The notes under the pieces were generated by a model, which had not been told where the DNA came from, did no database searches, and saw nothing but the letters and a program-made list of their open reading frames with translations. The position numbers and the translations under genes are program-made. From assembly GCF_009914755.1 (NCBI RefSeq), contig NC_060935.1: DNA of 64,000 nt; one strand, given 5' to 3'. The DNA comes from the human T2T-CHM13v2.0 reference genome, Homo sapiens. Every line of letters starts with the position of its first letter. The stretch's first letter is position 1. Shown piece after piece: positions 53,860 to 64,000 of this stretch.

Positions 53860-56129
53860 GTTTGCTATCGATCTCCCAAAGTTAGACACAAATGTGCCTC
53901 TGAGACGGGGCAGTGCCTGAATCCTCAAAACAGAGGTGGTAGCAGTGGCAGAAACCAGGCTGGAGGCTTCCCCTGGGGAGTTCAGGACTTGACTAACCAT
54001 TGTTCATTCTGCCAGAAGCAAAATGCAAACTATGCAAAGCATTTCAGAGCTGTGCTCCCACCCATACGCCCTTCCTGCCTGGCTCTGCAGCTCACTCCCC
54101 TTGCCTGCCTACAGTGCCTGGAAGGTCAGAGTCCACCCTCACCTCCCCACTGCCCCACTAGCTGCACCTCAAATCCCTAAGCTCATCCTCTAACCTGTAC
54201 CCTCCATTTACACATAGTCTGCCATTCTGGAATGACCCCAAGGTACCAGTGCAATGGTGAGCCCTGGCTCTAGGGGTCAAAACAAGGTAACTATGGAGGA
54301 GGGACACAGGAGGAGGTGGTACTGTGGTTGAGGTATAGACCCCATGCGAGCAAGTGGGTGCTTCCAGAGCAGCTTTGCCCCTAACAGCAGATCCATTTGC
54401 TGGCCCCCTAACCTCCGGTCTTACCCAAAAACTGGGCTCAAGGTCTCCTTATACCATGCTCTGTGGCCACAGGGACTCCCTGTCACTGAACAGGCACTAA
54501 ACAGGATATTCTGATACAGCCATTACAGAAATGGTCATGTGGAGATGCAATATCATTTTTTGCAACAAATTATTATACTTTACTCAGCAGATGTTCCTCA
54601 CCCTAACTTCCAGATCAATCACACAGAACTTCCATTTTCTACTCTGTTCCTTATTGTAGTGTTTGAGTCTCCTGATCCTAACTCTATCCCTCACCCCAAC
54701 ATTTCTATTTTACAAGTATGCATTACTTTAAACACTGGGAGGTCAGGGTGGGAAAATGAAAGCCTAAAATTTCAAAACAAGCTCTTAAAATACAGTGAGA
54801 TTCTAAGAGTGTGTCAGTCTGTCTCCCACAAACCATATCCTAAAAAAGTTTAATGTGAAATTTGTATCTCCAATTAGAAATACTTCCCTGTTGGTTTAAA
54901 GCCAAAAATACAGGATCATATTGCAGTTCAAATAACCTTCCTCCCAATGTCTTAATGTGCTCAGTCTAATGAGATTAGCAGTCTTGATGATATGCAAAGC
55001 AGAGATATCTATCTCATATATTTTCAAATGGAAAATGGAGGAGTTCCTTTATTCAGCACCTAGATCTATTTATGACTAACTGTAAGAGACTACAAATATA
55101 TCTTTAAGAAAAAAAAAATCTGGGACTATAAGAGGCAGACCTTTTAAAATACAAGAGGATAATCAGAGACTGAGACACTTTGCTCACTTAAAGATTGACA
55201 GCATTTTCTGTTCTATCTTCTGCCTTCAATTCTTCACTTTTATTCACTTTCTAGCCCATTGAGATCTGCTTGCCCTACTGGAATGAAATTCCTCTCACTG
55301 TGTGCTCAGTGACCTCTAAAGCCAATGAGCTGTTCTCCTCTACAGACCTGATGTCTCCCTTCCCCTTAGATAAGAATGGCTCAAATCCCCATCTTGCATC
55401 CCAGGGAAAGTCCTATGCCCTCCCCACCCACCTCTCATTTCCCTGTTAACTTCTCATCCTTTAGGTCTCTGGTGCACACCCCACTCCCAACTCTCAAATT
55501 CAGGCCGTTGTGTGTAGCAGAATAACATGGTTTACAGGCTGCTGGAGCAGTTATGCGGAGACATTTCATAACTGACAACTTATCACTGCGTATCAGTCAC
55601 CCAGCTTTTGAAAGTTTTTTCTGTGCCCCTGCCACAAAGAGTTTCTCACTGGCCATGCCGTCTTACTGATTTCAACCCCTCCTTTTACTCTGCGTCCTGA
55701 GCTAACTTTGACCCTGTAGCTCTGTTAAGCATGGTAATTCAGGTTTGCCCATCTAAGCCCATCAAGCAGCTCAGTGGAAAAAGGGTTTCTGTTACTGAGC
55801 AAAAGACCCGTGAGGTTCTGGACTTTCCTTCAGGGGTGCCCAGCCTCCTTGAAAGGTACCACATCTCAAGTGTCTGCTTTTGGTAGGGGAAAAAAAAAAA
55901 AAAAAAAAAAAAAGGAAAGAAGGCACCACGCCCAGGTGGAAGTCCTTACCTGCAGCACCGTGCACTGCTGACTGGACTCCTTCCAGTTGAAACTCTCCCC
56001 AACAAAACCTCCAGTTTTCCTCCCCCATCTTCTCTTCATCTCCTTCAGGTGACTTAGCTTTTGCCTGACCCTTAGGCTAGGGGTCCTCAGTGTTCTGTTG
56101 TTGGCCCTCTGCAACTGTGCTCTCTCAGT

Positions 56130-56812
<683 letters not shown>

Positions 56813-57192
56813 TGTAAGCATTCCACCCTGGGTAATCTCAACTACTGCCAGGGTATTAGTTACCATCTCTAAGGCAATGACTCTAGAATTCCTCTACAGA
56901 CTGTACCCACATTCCCTATAGCCTCCTGATCATCTCTACCTGGATATTCCCAAAGTACCACTTTCCTCGCCAAGCTCATGTCTCTTACCTATGCTTGTAT
57001 CTGCTGCACAGCACCATATCTACCTATTAACCAAGCCAAATCTGAATGCTAACTCCAACTCCACCCATGTCCAGAACTCCAACTCCCTACTTACATGTCC
57101 AAAATGGAAATCCTGATTTCCCCCAACTTGTTCCTTCCTTACCCTTCCCTATCTCAGTAACCGTCCAGTTGCTCAAGTCAAAATTCTATAGA

Positions 57193-57910
57193 TCTGTTTA
57201 TTGTAGCATTATTCACAATAGCCAAGATTTGGAAGCAACCTAAGTGTCCATCAACAGATGAACGGATAAACAAAATGTGGTATTTATACTCAGTGGAGTA
57301 GTGTTCAGCCTTAAAAAAGAATGAAATCCTGTCATTTGCAACAACATAGATGGAACTGGAGGACATTATGTTAAGTGAAATATGCCAGGCACAAAAAGAC
57401 AAACTTTGCATGTTCTCACTCATTTGTGAGAGCTATAAATTAAAACAATTGAACTCATGGAGATAGAGTAGAATAATGGTTACCAGAGGCTGGGAAGGGT
57501 AGTGGGCAGGGGGGAGTAGGGATGCTTAATGGGTACAAAAATATAGTTAGATAGAATCAATAAGAGCTAGTATTTGATAGCATAACAGGATGATTATAGT
57601 CAACAATAATTTATTGTACATTTAAAAATAACTAAAAGGGGTCAGGTGCAGTGGGTCATGCCTATAATCTCGGCACTTTGGGAGGCCAAGATGGCTTAAG
57701 GCCAGGAGTTCGAATCCAGCCTGGTCAACATAGCAAGATTACATCTTTATTTTAATTTAAAAAATAAAAAATAACTAAAAGGGTATAACTGAAATGTTTA
57801 TAACACAAAGAAATGATAAATGCCCGAGGTGATGGACACCCCAGTTACCCTGTGATTATTATGCATTGCATGCCTGTATCAAAAGATCTCATGTACCCAC
57901 AAAAATTAAA
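57193..57910 (+). mobile_element. L1MA 3' end with a FLAM-type Alu monomer (~57639-57770), inserted into L2 (~56820-58240)
   Basis: gtttattgtagcattattcacaatagccaag...; monomer flanked by TSD aaaataactaaaaggg. Confidence 0.8.
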
Positions 57911-59269
57911 CAAAGTTTTTAAAATTCTAGACATCATCCTTGTTGTTTCCTTCATCCCGCATTCGAATTCACTTACGAGTGTCGCTGTTTCAACCTCCAA
58001 AATGTATCTCAAATTGGTTTATTCATCCTATTTCCATTGTCACCCTCCTGGACTACTGCAATAGCCTCCTTCCTAGGCTCTTACCTTCTTTGTGAAATAT
58101 TCATCAGATCATATCACTTACCTGCTTAAAACCTTCCCGTGGTTCCCTACTGCTTTTTCAAATAAAATTCAAATGCCTTACTTTGGAGTATGAGGACCTA
58201 CATTACATTACCCCTGCCAACTTTCCAACCTCACTCAGCAGTAACGTCATCTTACAACCACCTACCAGGGGCCTACTTAGGCCGGCACCAAGAAGAGCAG
58301 CTTCCCTTCCCTGTGTCCTCAGACAGTAGCTTTCTGTTTTATTAATAAGACACAAAATGTGAACAAACAGGATTGACACCTGGTCATTCTCAGTTGGGAA
58401 TGGGAAGGTGTCTTAGCTACAGCACAACAGGCCTTCTCTTCTAGTCTGCTCCACAACAATGTCTTATCAGTTACTTAGGAAGGCTCCATTGTGATTTATC
58501 CACCATCCACTCTCACAACTGCCCAGCTGGACCAGATTAAAGAGGTTACAGCAACGTACATATGCATAACACACCCACATACTTGAAAACAGGACTAGGC
58601 TATTCCCCTAGGAGCACTGACCACCTCCAGAGTCCACAGGTAGAAAGTCTGGGCCTGGCCAACAGGGAGAATGAAGTGTGGCCTTTCAGAGCATGTTATC
58701 AGGCCTGTGGCAGACTTGGTCTGGATGCTGGCGCATCCGCTGCAATCCCTGGGGAGCTCTCTGAATGCACATTGGCTTTGCTATCTCCTCTTTTGTCAGT
58801 GATTTGTTTAGAAGCCTGAAAATAGTGAGGGGAATCTGTCACGTCTTTCATAATGAAGACAAAGCACAGTGGCTTCTGGGGACAACGGGGAAGCTAGTGA
58901 CCCTGAATTCTTCACATTCAGAAATGTGTCCTAATTAATCTGAAATTATAATAAAATACAGACAGTGCTTGGCAAATAGCAAGAGATGCATGCCTTCTAA
59001 ATAATTAAAAACTTCTTGAAGGAATGGGTCTGATAAAGCCCAATGTCAACAGTGCCTACGCACTTCTGTATGTGCCTGGAATTAAAAATGAATCTGTATT
59101 TACTCTAGTTTCTATAAACATTTTTTTGGATGTAGAGAAGTAGCAGCACAAAAGGAAAAGATCGATTATCATTTACATGCTGAATGTCTCAAGGCATTCT
59201 CTCTGAGGAGCCGAAGAGACTCTGGTGTAATCGCATGGAGGCCTTGGAGGCTCACAGACCCAGGACTGA

Positions 59270-59450
59270 ACTCTGGCCTTACCAGCTGTGTGCTGTGGGC
59301 AGGTTCCTTCACTTCTCCAAGCCTCAGTTTCTGTCTATAAGTTAGAATATCACCCTTTCTTGCAGGGTTGTTACAGGGATTTACGTAGGTAATGGCAGTA
59401 AAGAGTTTAAGGCTGCCCTTACGCAGCAAGTGCTGGCTAAATGACAGCTC
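59270..59450. mobile_element. MIR directly 3' (transcript sense) of the 59506 exon
   Basis: cttaccagctgtgtg...aagcctcagtttctg. Confidence 0.65.
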
Positions 59451-59505
59451 TTGCCACTACATTATCGTGCTCGTTATAAGCAGCGATCCTGAGTCTATTA
59501 CTCAC

Positions 59506-59976
59506 CTCCTGCTATCCCCTTTCTGGGCCCTTGCCCAGTGCTCCACCTGGGCCAGATTGCTCTTCCTTTGGCTGTGTTTTTCAGGGTTGGTCCTGGGAGG
59601 AAAGGCCCGCTGGTACCCACCAGTCCCATTCTGTTCTCCTGGGCCATATGAGGCAGGCAGCATTCCATTCTTCTCTGCCCGTTGGGGCTGTGCCTGCTGG
59701 CCTCTTGGGCCAGTGGGTAAATCCATAAACAAGGCATCCTCCTCGGCTGGCGAGTACGGAGACCTGGCCTTGCTCCGGTCCCGCTTGCCCTCCAGTGGGT
59801 CCCTCTGGGAACGGTACTGCTCTCCCTCCTGCTCCTGCCTCTCGAAGTTGACAATGTCATCATGGCCACGATGAGGACAATCTCTCGTATGTCCGGGTCC
59901 CACCCGGCCACATTCGTGACAGGACTCTGTGTGGTTGGCCTGGGGGACAGCCTGCCGCTCCACCTTCTCCATATCC
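59506..59976 (-). CDS. PLEKHA7: PLEKHA7 coding exon (R)DMEKVERQ...AQKGDSR(S), first exon inside the window, just after the PH domain
   Basis: Acceptor tcattgcAG|GGATATG, donor AGGAG|GTGAG; 471 nt, phase 2/2; peptide (ORF 59502..59996) matches recalled PLEKHA7. Confidence 0.96.
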
Positions 59977-61521
59977 CTGCAATGACAGCAGCACATTCAG
60001 TTTGCTCCACAGCCAAGACTCCATGATGAAATGCACTGTACACTCAATCACCTGCAGGCCTTTGCACAGGCTATTCCCTCTGCTCAGAACGCCTTTCATG
60101 CTCATGTCCTCACTCTGCCTGCCTAACTTCTGCTCCTTTGGGGATCTGGCTTAACACCACCTCCTCCAGGAAGCCACCCTGACATACACTTCCAATTTAG
60201 AATAGGATCTTATGCTGACCCCACTGTCACACTAATCGCACTGAACCATAACTTTGTTTACTCATCTAGCTCCCAAATAAACTATGAGTTATTTTCGGCC
60301 AGTGGCCCACCTGGCTGATCATCATAAGCCCAGAACTTCTACACAGTGACTGGTATGGAATAGGCACTCCGTAACTACTACTGCAAGAGAGAATGAATAA
60401 ATTATACATGTGACATTCCCATGAAGACCACTCCTGTGCTCCTATTCTACTCTGTGCTACTGATCTTGCCTTTTCCTTTTGCAATTTGTCCATTTGGGGC
60501 TTAAATGGAAGGCTCCTGAGCTCAGGATCCCTCCCACTGGTGTCTAACACAGCCCAAAGTACAAATGATAGCATAATTAACACTCTTCAAAGATGGCGAA
60601 TAGAGAACAGGCACAGCAACCACTGTATGTGAATAGCAACCTGTTTCTATCTTATCAGGGAACAGTTCAAACAGAAACAACTCTCAATGACTATCTACAA
60701 CAATTCTGTGAAGTATTATTAGTCAGATTTTAGCAATAAGGAAACTGACTCACAGAGAAGATCGATTATTTGCTCAAGATCAAACAGCTGGAACAGAGTG
60801 GAGCCTGGGCTTAAACCCAGGTAGACTCCAGAGCCCATGTGTGTTAGGCTTTGCTCTACTGCCTCTCCACATGTGTCTGTGCAAACCTGGAAGCTATAAA
60901 GGAGGATGGGGAGGGGTGATAGGTCAGGGTGTGAACTGAGGCTACAGGAGGAGCTTTGGTACATGGTGGAGGGCTCCTCTTTCATGGTCCATCTCCCTCT
61001 GTAAGCTGCCCTTCTCTCTGCCTCCTTGGGGCAGGGTCCTAGTTGTCTGCATCCTGATCACCTGGCACCAGGGATACAATAGTGGCTCCACAAGCTTTGC
61101 AGAATTTAGATTAGGGAGGCAAGAGAACTTGCTCCAGCTCAGCTCAGATGGACTAGAAAAAATAACAAAGACGTTTACTTAGATGGGGCAGCTGGTTTAG
61201 CTATACTCCATGGTTAAAAAAAAAAAAAAAAAGGTCCTAGCCTTAAGATCCATCACTCAAAATGGCCAAGCCAGAGGCGTTTTCATCTCAACATGAGAGT
61301 ACATAATAGAAATGCTACTGCATTTACATTTCGGTGGCCACACCCCAGGTGTCTTTGCAACAACTTCAGAACCTCAGCTATCAATAAACAACACAGATTC
61401 AGCGCAGAAGCAACTCACCCTGAGAGCTAGTTACAATGCCAACATAACGTGAAAATACAACCCTCCACATGGGATCTGCTTCTCACTGTGTGTGGGTCTG
61501 TTGCCTTTAACTTAGGCAGAG

Positions 61522-61897
61522 TGATATGGTTTGGCTGTGTCCCCACCCAAATCTCATCTTGAACTGTAGTTCCCATAATCCCCATGTGTCGTGGGAAGGA
61601 CCTGGTGGGAGGAAATTGAATCATGAGGTAGGTTACCCTCATGCTGTTCTCCTGACAGTGGGTGCGTTCTCATGAGATCTGACGGTTTTAGAAGCGTCTT
61701 TTCTCTTTTTGCTTGGCACTTCTCCTTCCTGCCATCATGCAAAGAAGGACATGTTTGCTTTCCCTTCCACCATGATTGTAAGTTTCTTGAGGCCTCCCCA
61801 GCCATGTGGAACTGTGAGTCAATTAAACCTCTTTCCTTTATAAATTACCCATTCTCAGGCAGTTCTTTATAGCAGTGTGAGAATGGACTAATATACA
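61522..61897 (+). mobile_element. THE1/MST-type MaLR solo LTR
   Basis: tgatatggtttggctgtgtccccacccaaatctcatcttgaa ... attaaacctctttcc ... ggactaatataca; 5-bp TSD cagag/gagag. Confidence 0.92.
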
Positions 61898-62391
61898 GAG
61901 AGAACTGAGAAAAGCAAGCATTCTTCTCGCTGTTCACGTACCAATGTCTTTTCCATGGAAACCCCAAGCTTTGTGGAAAAAAATAATGCATCTTTGGAAC
62001 TCCTTTTATCCAACAGAGGACATCTTTCCTCTCCAACCCCCACACTGTATCCACTGCCCTTCTGATAACAGCATTTCAATTTTCATTTGGGAATCACTTT
62101 CTCCTACCCTCAGTCCAGGTGGTTCAGGTGCTGCTGACTCCCTGTCCAGCTGAGGCTCCACAGTCTCAGTGACTGGTTCAGGAGTTGACTACTCCAGGCC
62201 AATCAGAGTTAGCCCTGGGACTTGGGTTGGAGCTGCTGCAACTATGTGGGAAGGCACTACTTGAGAATGAAGTTAACACAAAGGAAAGCAGATGGAGAAA
62301 CATAGAATCCTAAAAACTTGGCTTAAGCTCCTACATCTAACCATATGTAAACCAGATATCTCTTTGGATTTTCTGGTTGTGAATAAATAAA

Positions 62392-62702
62392 TTCCTTCTT
62401 TTTTTTTTCACAGCGTCTTGCTCTCTCACCCAGGCTGGAGTGCGGTGGCAATGATCACGGCTCACTGCAGCCTTGATCTGCTGGGCTCAAGTGATCCTCC
62501 CACCTCAGCCTCCTGAGTAGCTGGGACTACAGGTGCATGCATGTTTTAATTAGCTCTGCTAATTAAAAAAAAAAAAAATCTGTAGAGACTGGGTCTTGCT
62601 ATGTTGCCCAGGCTGGTCTCAAACTCCTGGGTTCAAGTGATCCACCTGCCTCAGCCCCCCAAAGTTTTATGATTACAAGCGTGAGCCACCCTGCCGGGGG
62701 CC
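62392..62702 (-). mobile_element. AluJ inserted in an old ERVL-like LTR (~62040-62770)
   Basis: J-type dimer; taaattcc duplicated at edges. Confidence 0.85.
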
Positions 62703-62906
62703 TAAATTCCCTTTTTCAGTTGTTAGAGTTTGGTTTCTGCTACTTATACTGAAAGGGGTCCTGCCTATTAATCATTTCACAATGACATATTGAGATAGTA
62801 ATGAGTGAGGGCCCATTCATTGTTAACATTCAGTGGCTCTATAAATTCCAGTAGGAGGAAAATACGGGAAATATTCAGGAGCCCATACTTACAGAAAAAG
62901 TAATTC

Positions 62907-63166
62907 AGCCGGGTGCAGTGGCGTGCCAAGGGAGGTGAATCACCTGAGGTCAGGGGTTCAAGACCAGCCCGACCAACATGGTGAAACCCCATCTCTACTA
63001 AAAATACAAAAATTAGCTGGGCATGGTGGTGTGCACCTGTAGCCCCAGCTACTCAGGAGGCTGAGGCAGGAGAATCGCTTGAACCTGGGAGGCACAGGTT
63101 GCAGTAGCTGAGATTGCACCACTGTGCTCCAGCCTGGGCAACAGAGCAAGACTCCGCCTCAAAAAA
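62907..63166 (+). mobile_element. AluS with ~30-nt deletion in the left arm
   Basis: gtggcgtgccaagg junction lacks ctgtaatcccagcactttggga; TSD agaaaaagtaattc. Confidence 0.93.
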
Positions 63167-63360
63167 GAAAAAGTAATTCTTACCGTAAGTTTATAAAGGG
63201 ACAACTCTGTTCCACAATGTACATATGACAGGTTTCTTTTTTCTTTTTTCTTTTTTTCACACGATAGGTTTTAGCTTTGTCTTTCCTTTCTCCCTTTAAG
63301 CCTCCATAACTAGATTAGTGTAAACTGAACCAACAGTCCTCAAGTTGCCTAAGTTGGCCA

Positions 63361-63669
63361 TTCTTTTTTTTTTTCTTTTTCTGATACAGGGTCCCACTCC
63401 GTCACCAAGGCTGGAATGCACTAGCGTGAACAGAGCTCACCGCAGCCTCAACCTCCTGGGATCAAGTGATCCTTCCACTTCTGACTCCTGTGTAACTGGT
63501 ACCACAGGCGCCTGCCACCATGTCTGGCTAATTTTTAATTTTTTTTTTTTGTAGAGACAAGGTCTTTCTTTGTTGCCCAGGCTAGTCTTGAAATCCTGAG
63601 CTCAAGCAATCCTCCCACCTCAGCTTCCAGAAGTGCTGGGATTACAGGCACCAACCACTGTGCCAGGCC
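63361..63669 (-). mobile_element. AluJ
   Basis: Diverged dimer. Confidence 0.88.
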
Positions 63670-64000
63670 TATTTTCTTTATTATTTCTCACATCCAGGAA
63701 ACTACCCATAGAGGATGTGCTGAGGCTACTTCGGAGATGATGAAGGCTCCAGCTGCCCTCTGGATCACACCCTGGCCAAGTCGCTGAAGATTTAGAATCT
63801 TGCATGCTGCTTTGGTTTCACTTGCTCTGATATTTCTAAGTGGTTACTCCAATTGTGATACCCAGGTAATTGTATCTCCTTGTTATTCACACTCCAAAGA
63901 TAAAGAGCACCTTGTCATAAAAGCCAGACAGTGAAACAAATATGCCACCTATGTGTATGACATTAGAATTGAGAGGAAATGAAGGATTCTTCAACTCTGG

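Noticed and set aside
55940-56045. Strong donor CTGCAG|GTAAGG with upstream ATGs, possible internal first exon
   Set aside because: The ATG frames end in phase 0 or 1, but the next exon needs phase 2; sequence looks L2-derived and has no promoter features.

Overview
Human-type (primate) genomic DNA, rich in Alu/L1/L2/MIR/MER5/LTR repeats. It holds the 3' two-thirds of PLEKHA7 on the minus strand. The gene was recognised from exon peptides recalled from the known protein; no database search was run. I traced 18 coding exons with GT-AG boundaries and consistent phases from 59976 down to 12373; the WW and PH domain exons lie upstream, beyond 64000. There are two C-terminal forms. A short form reads through the donor at 22472 (...GDLGSVC*, AATAAA at 21055-21060). 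A long form splices on through four more exons (...QVAAQAVTDP*, ATTAAA at 10684-10689). Notable extras: two in-frame cassette exons resembling PLEKHA5 alternative exons (48557-48676, and 40522-40602, which the ORF track misses), a NAGNAG acceptor, strong 'poison' alternative donors, candidate alternative last exons (including a clean 106-nt GT-AG intron beyond the main poly(A) site), a same-orientation CTCF motif cluster among the alternative 3' ends, inverted Alu pairs and a tandem MER5 array. I see no prokaryotic, CRISPR or wholly new system. The novelty here is at the level of isoform and 3'-end regulation. Most ORF-track entries are spurious.
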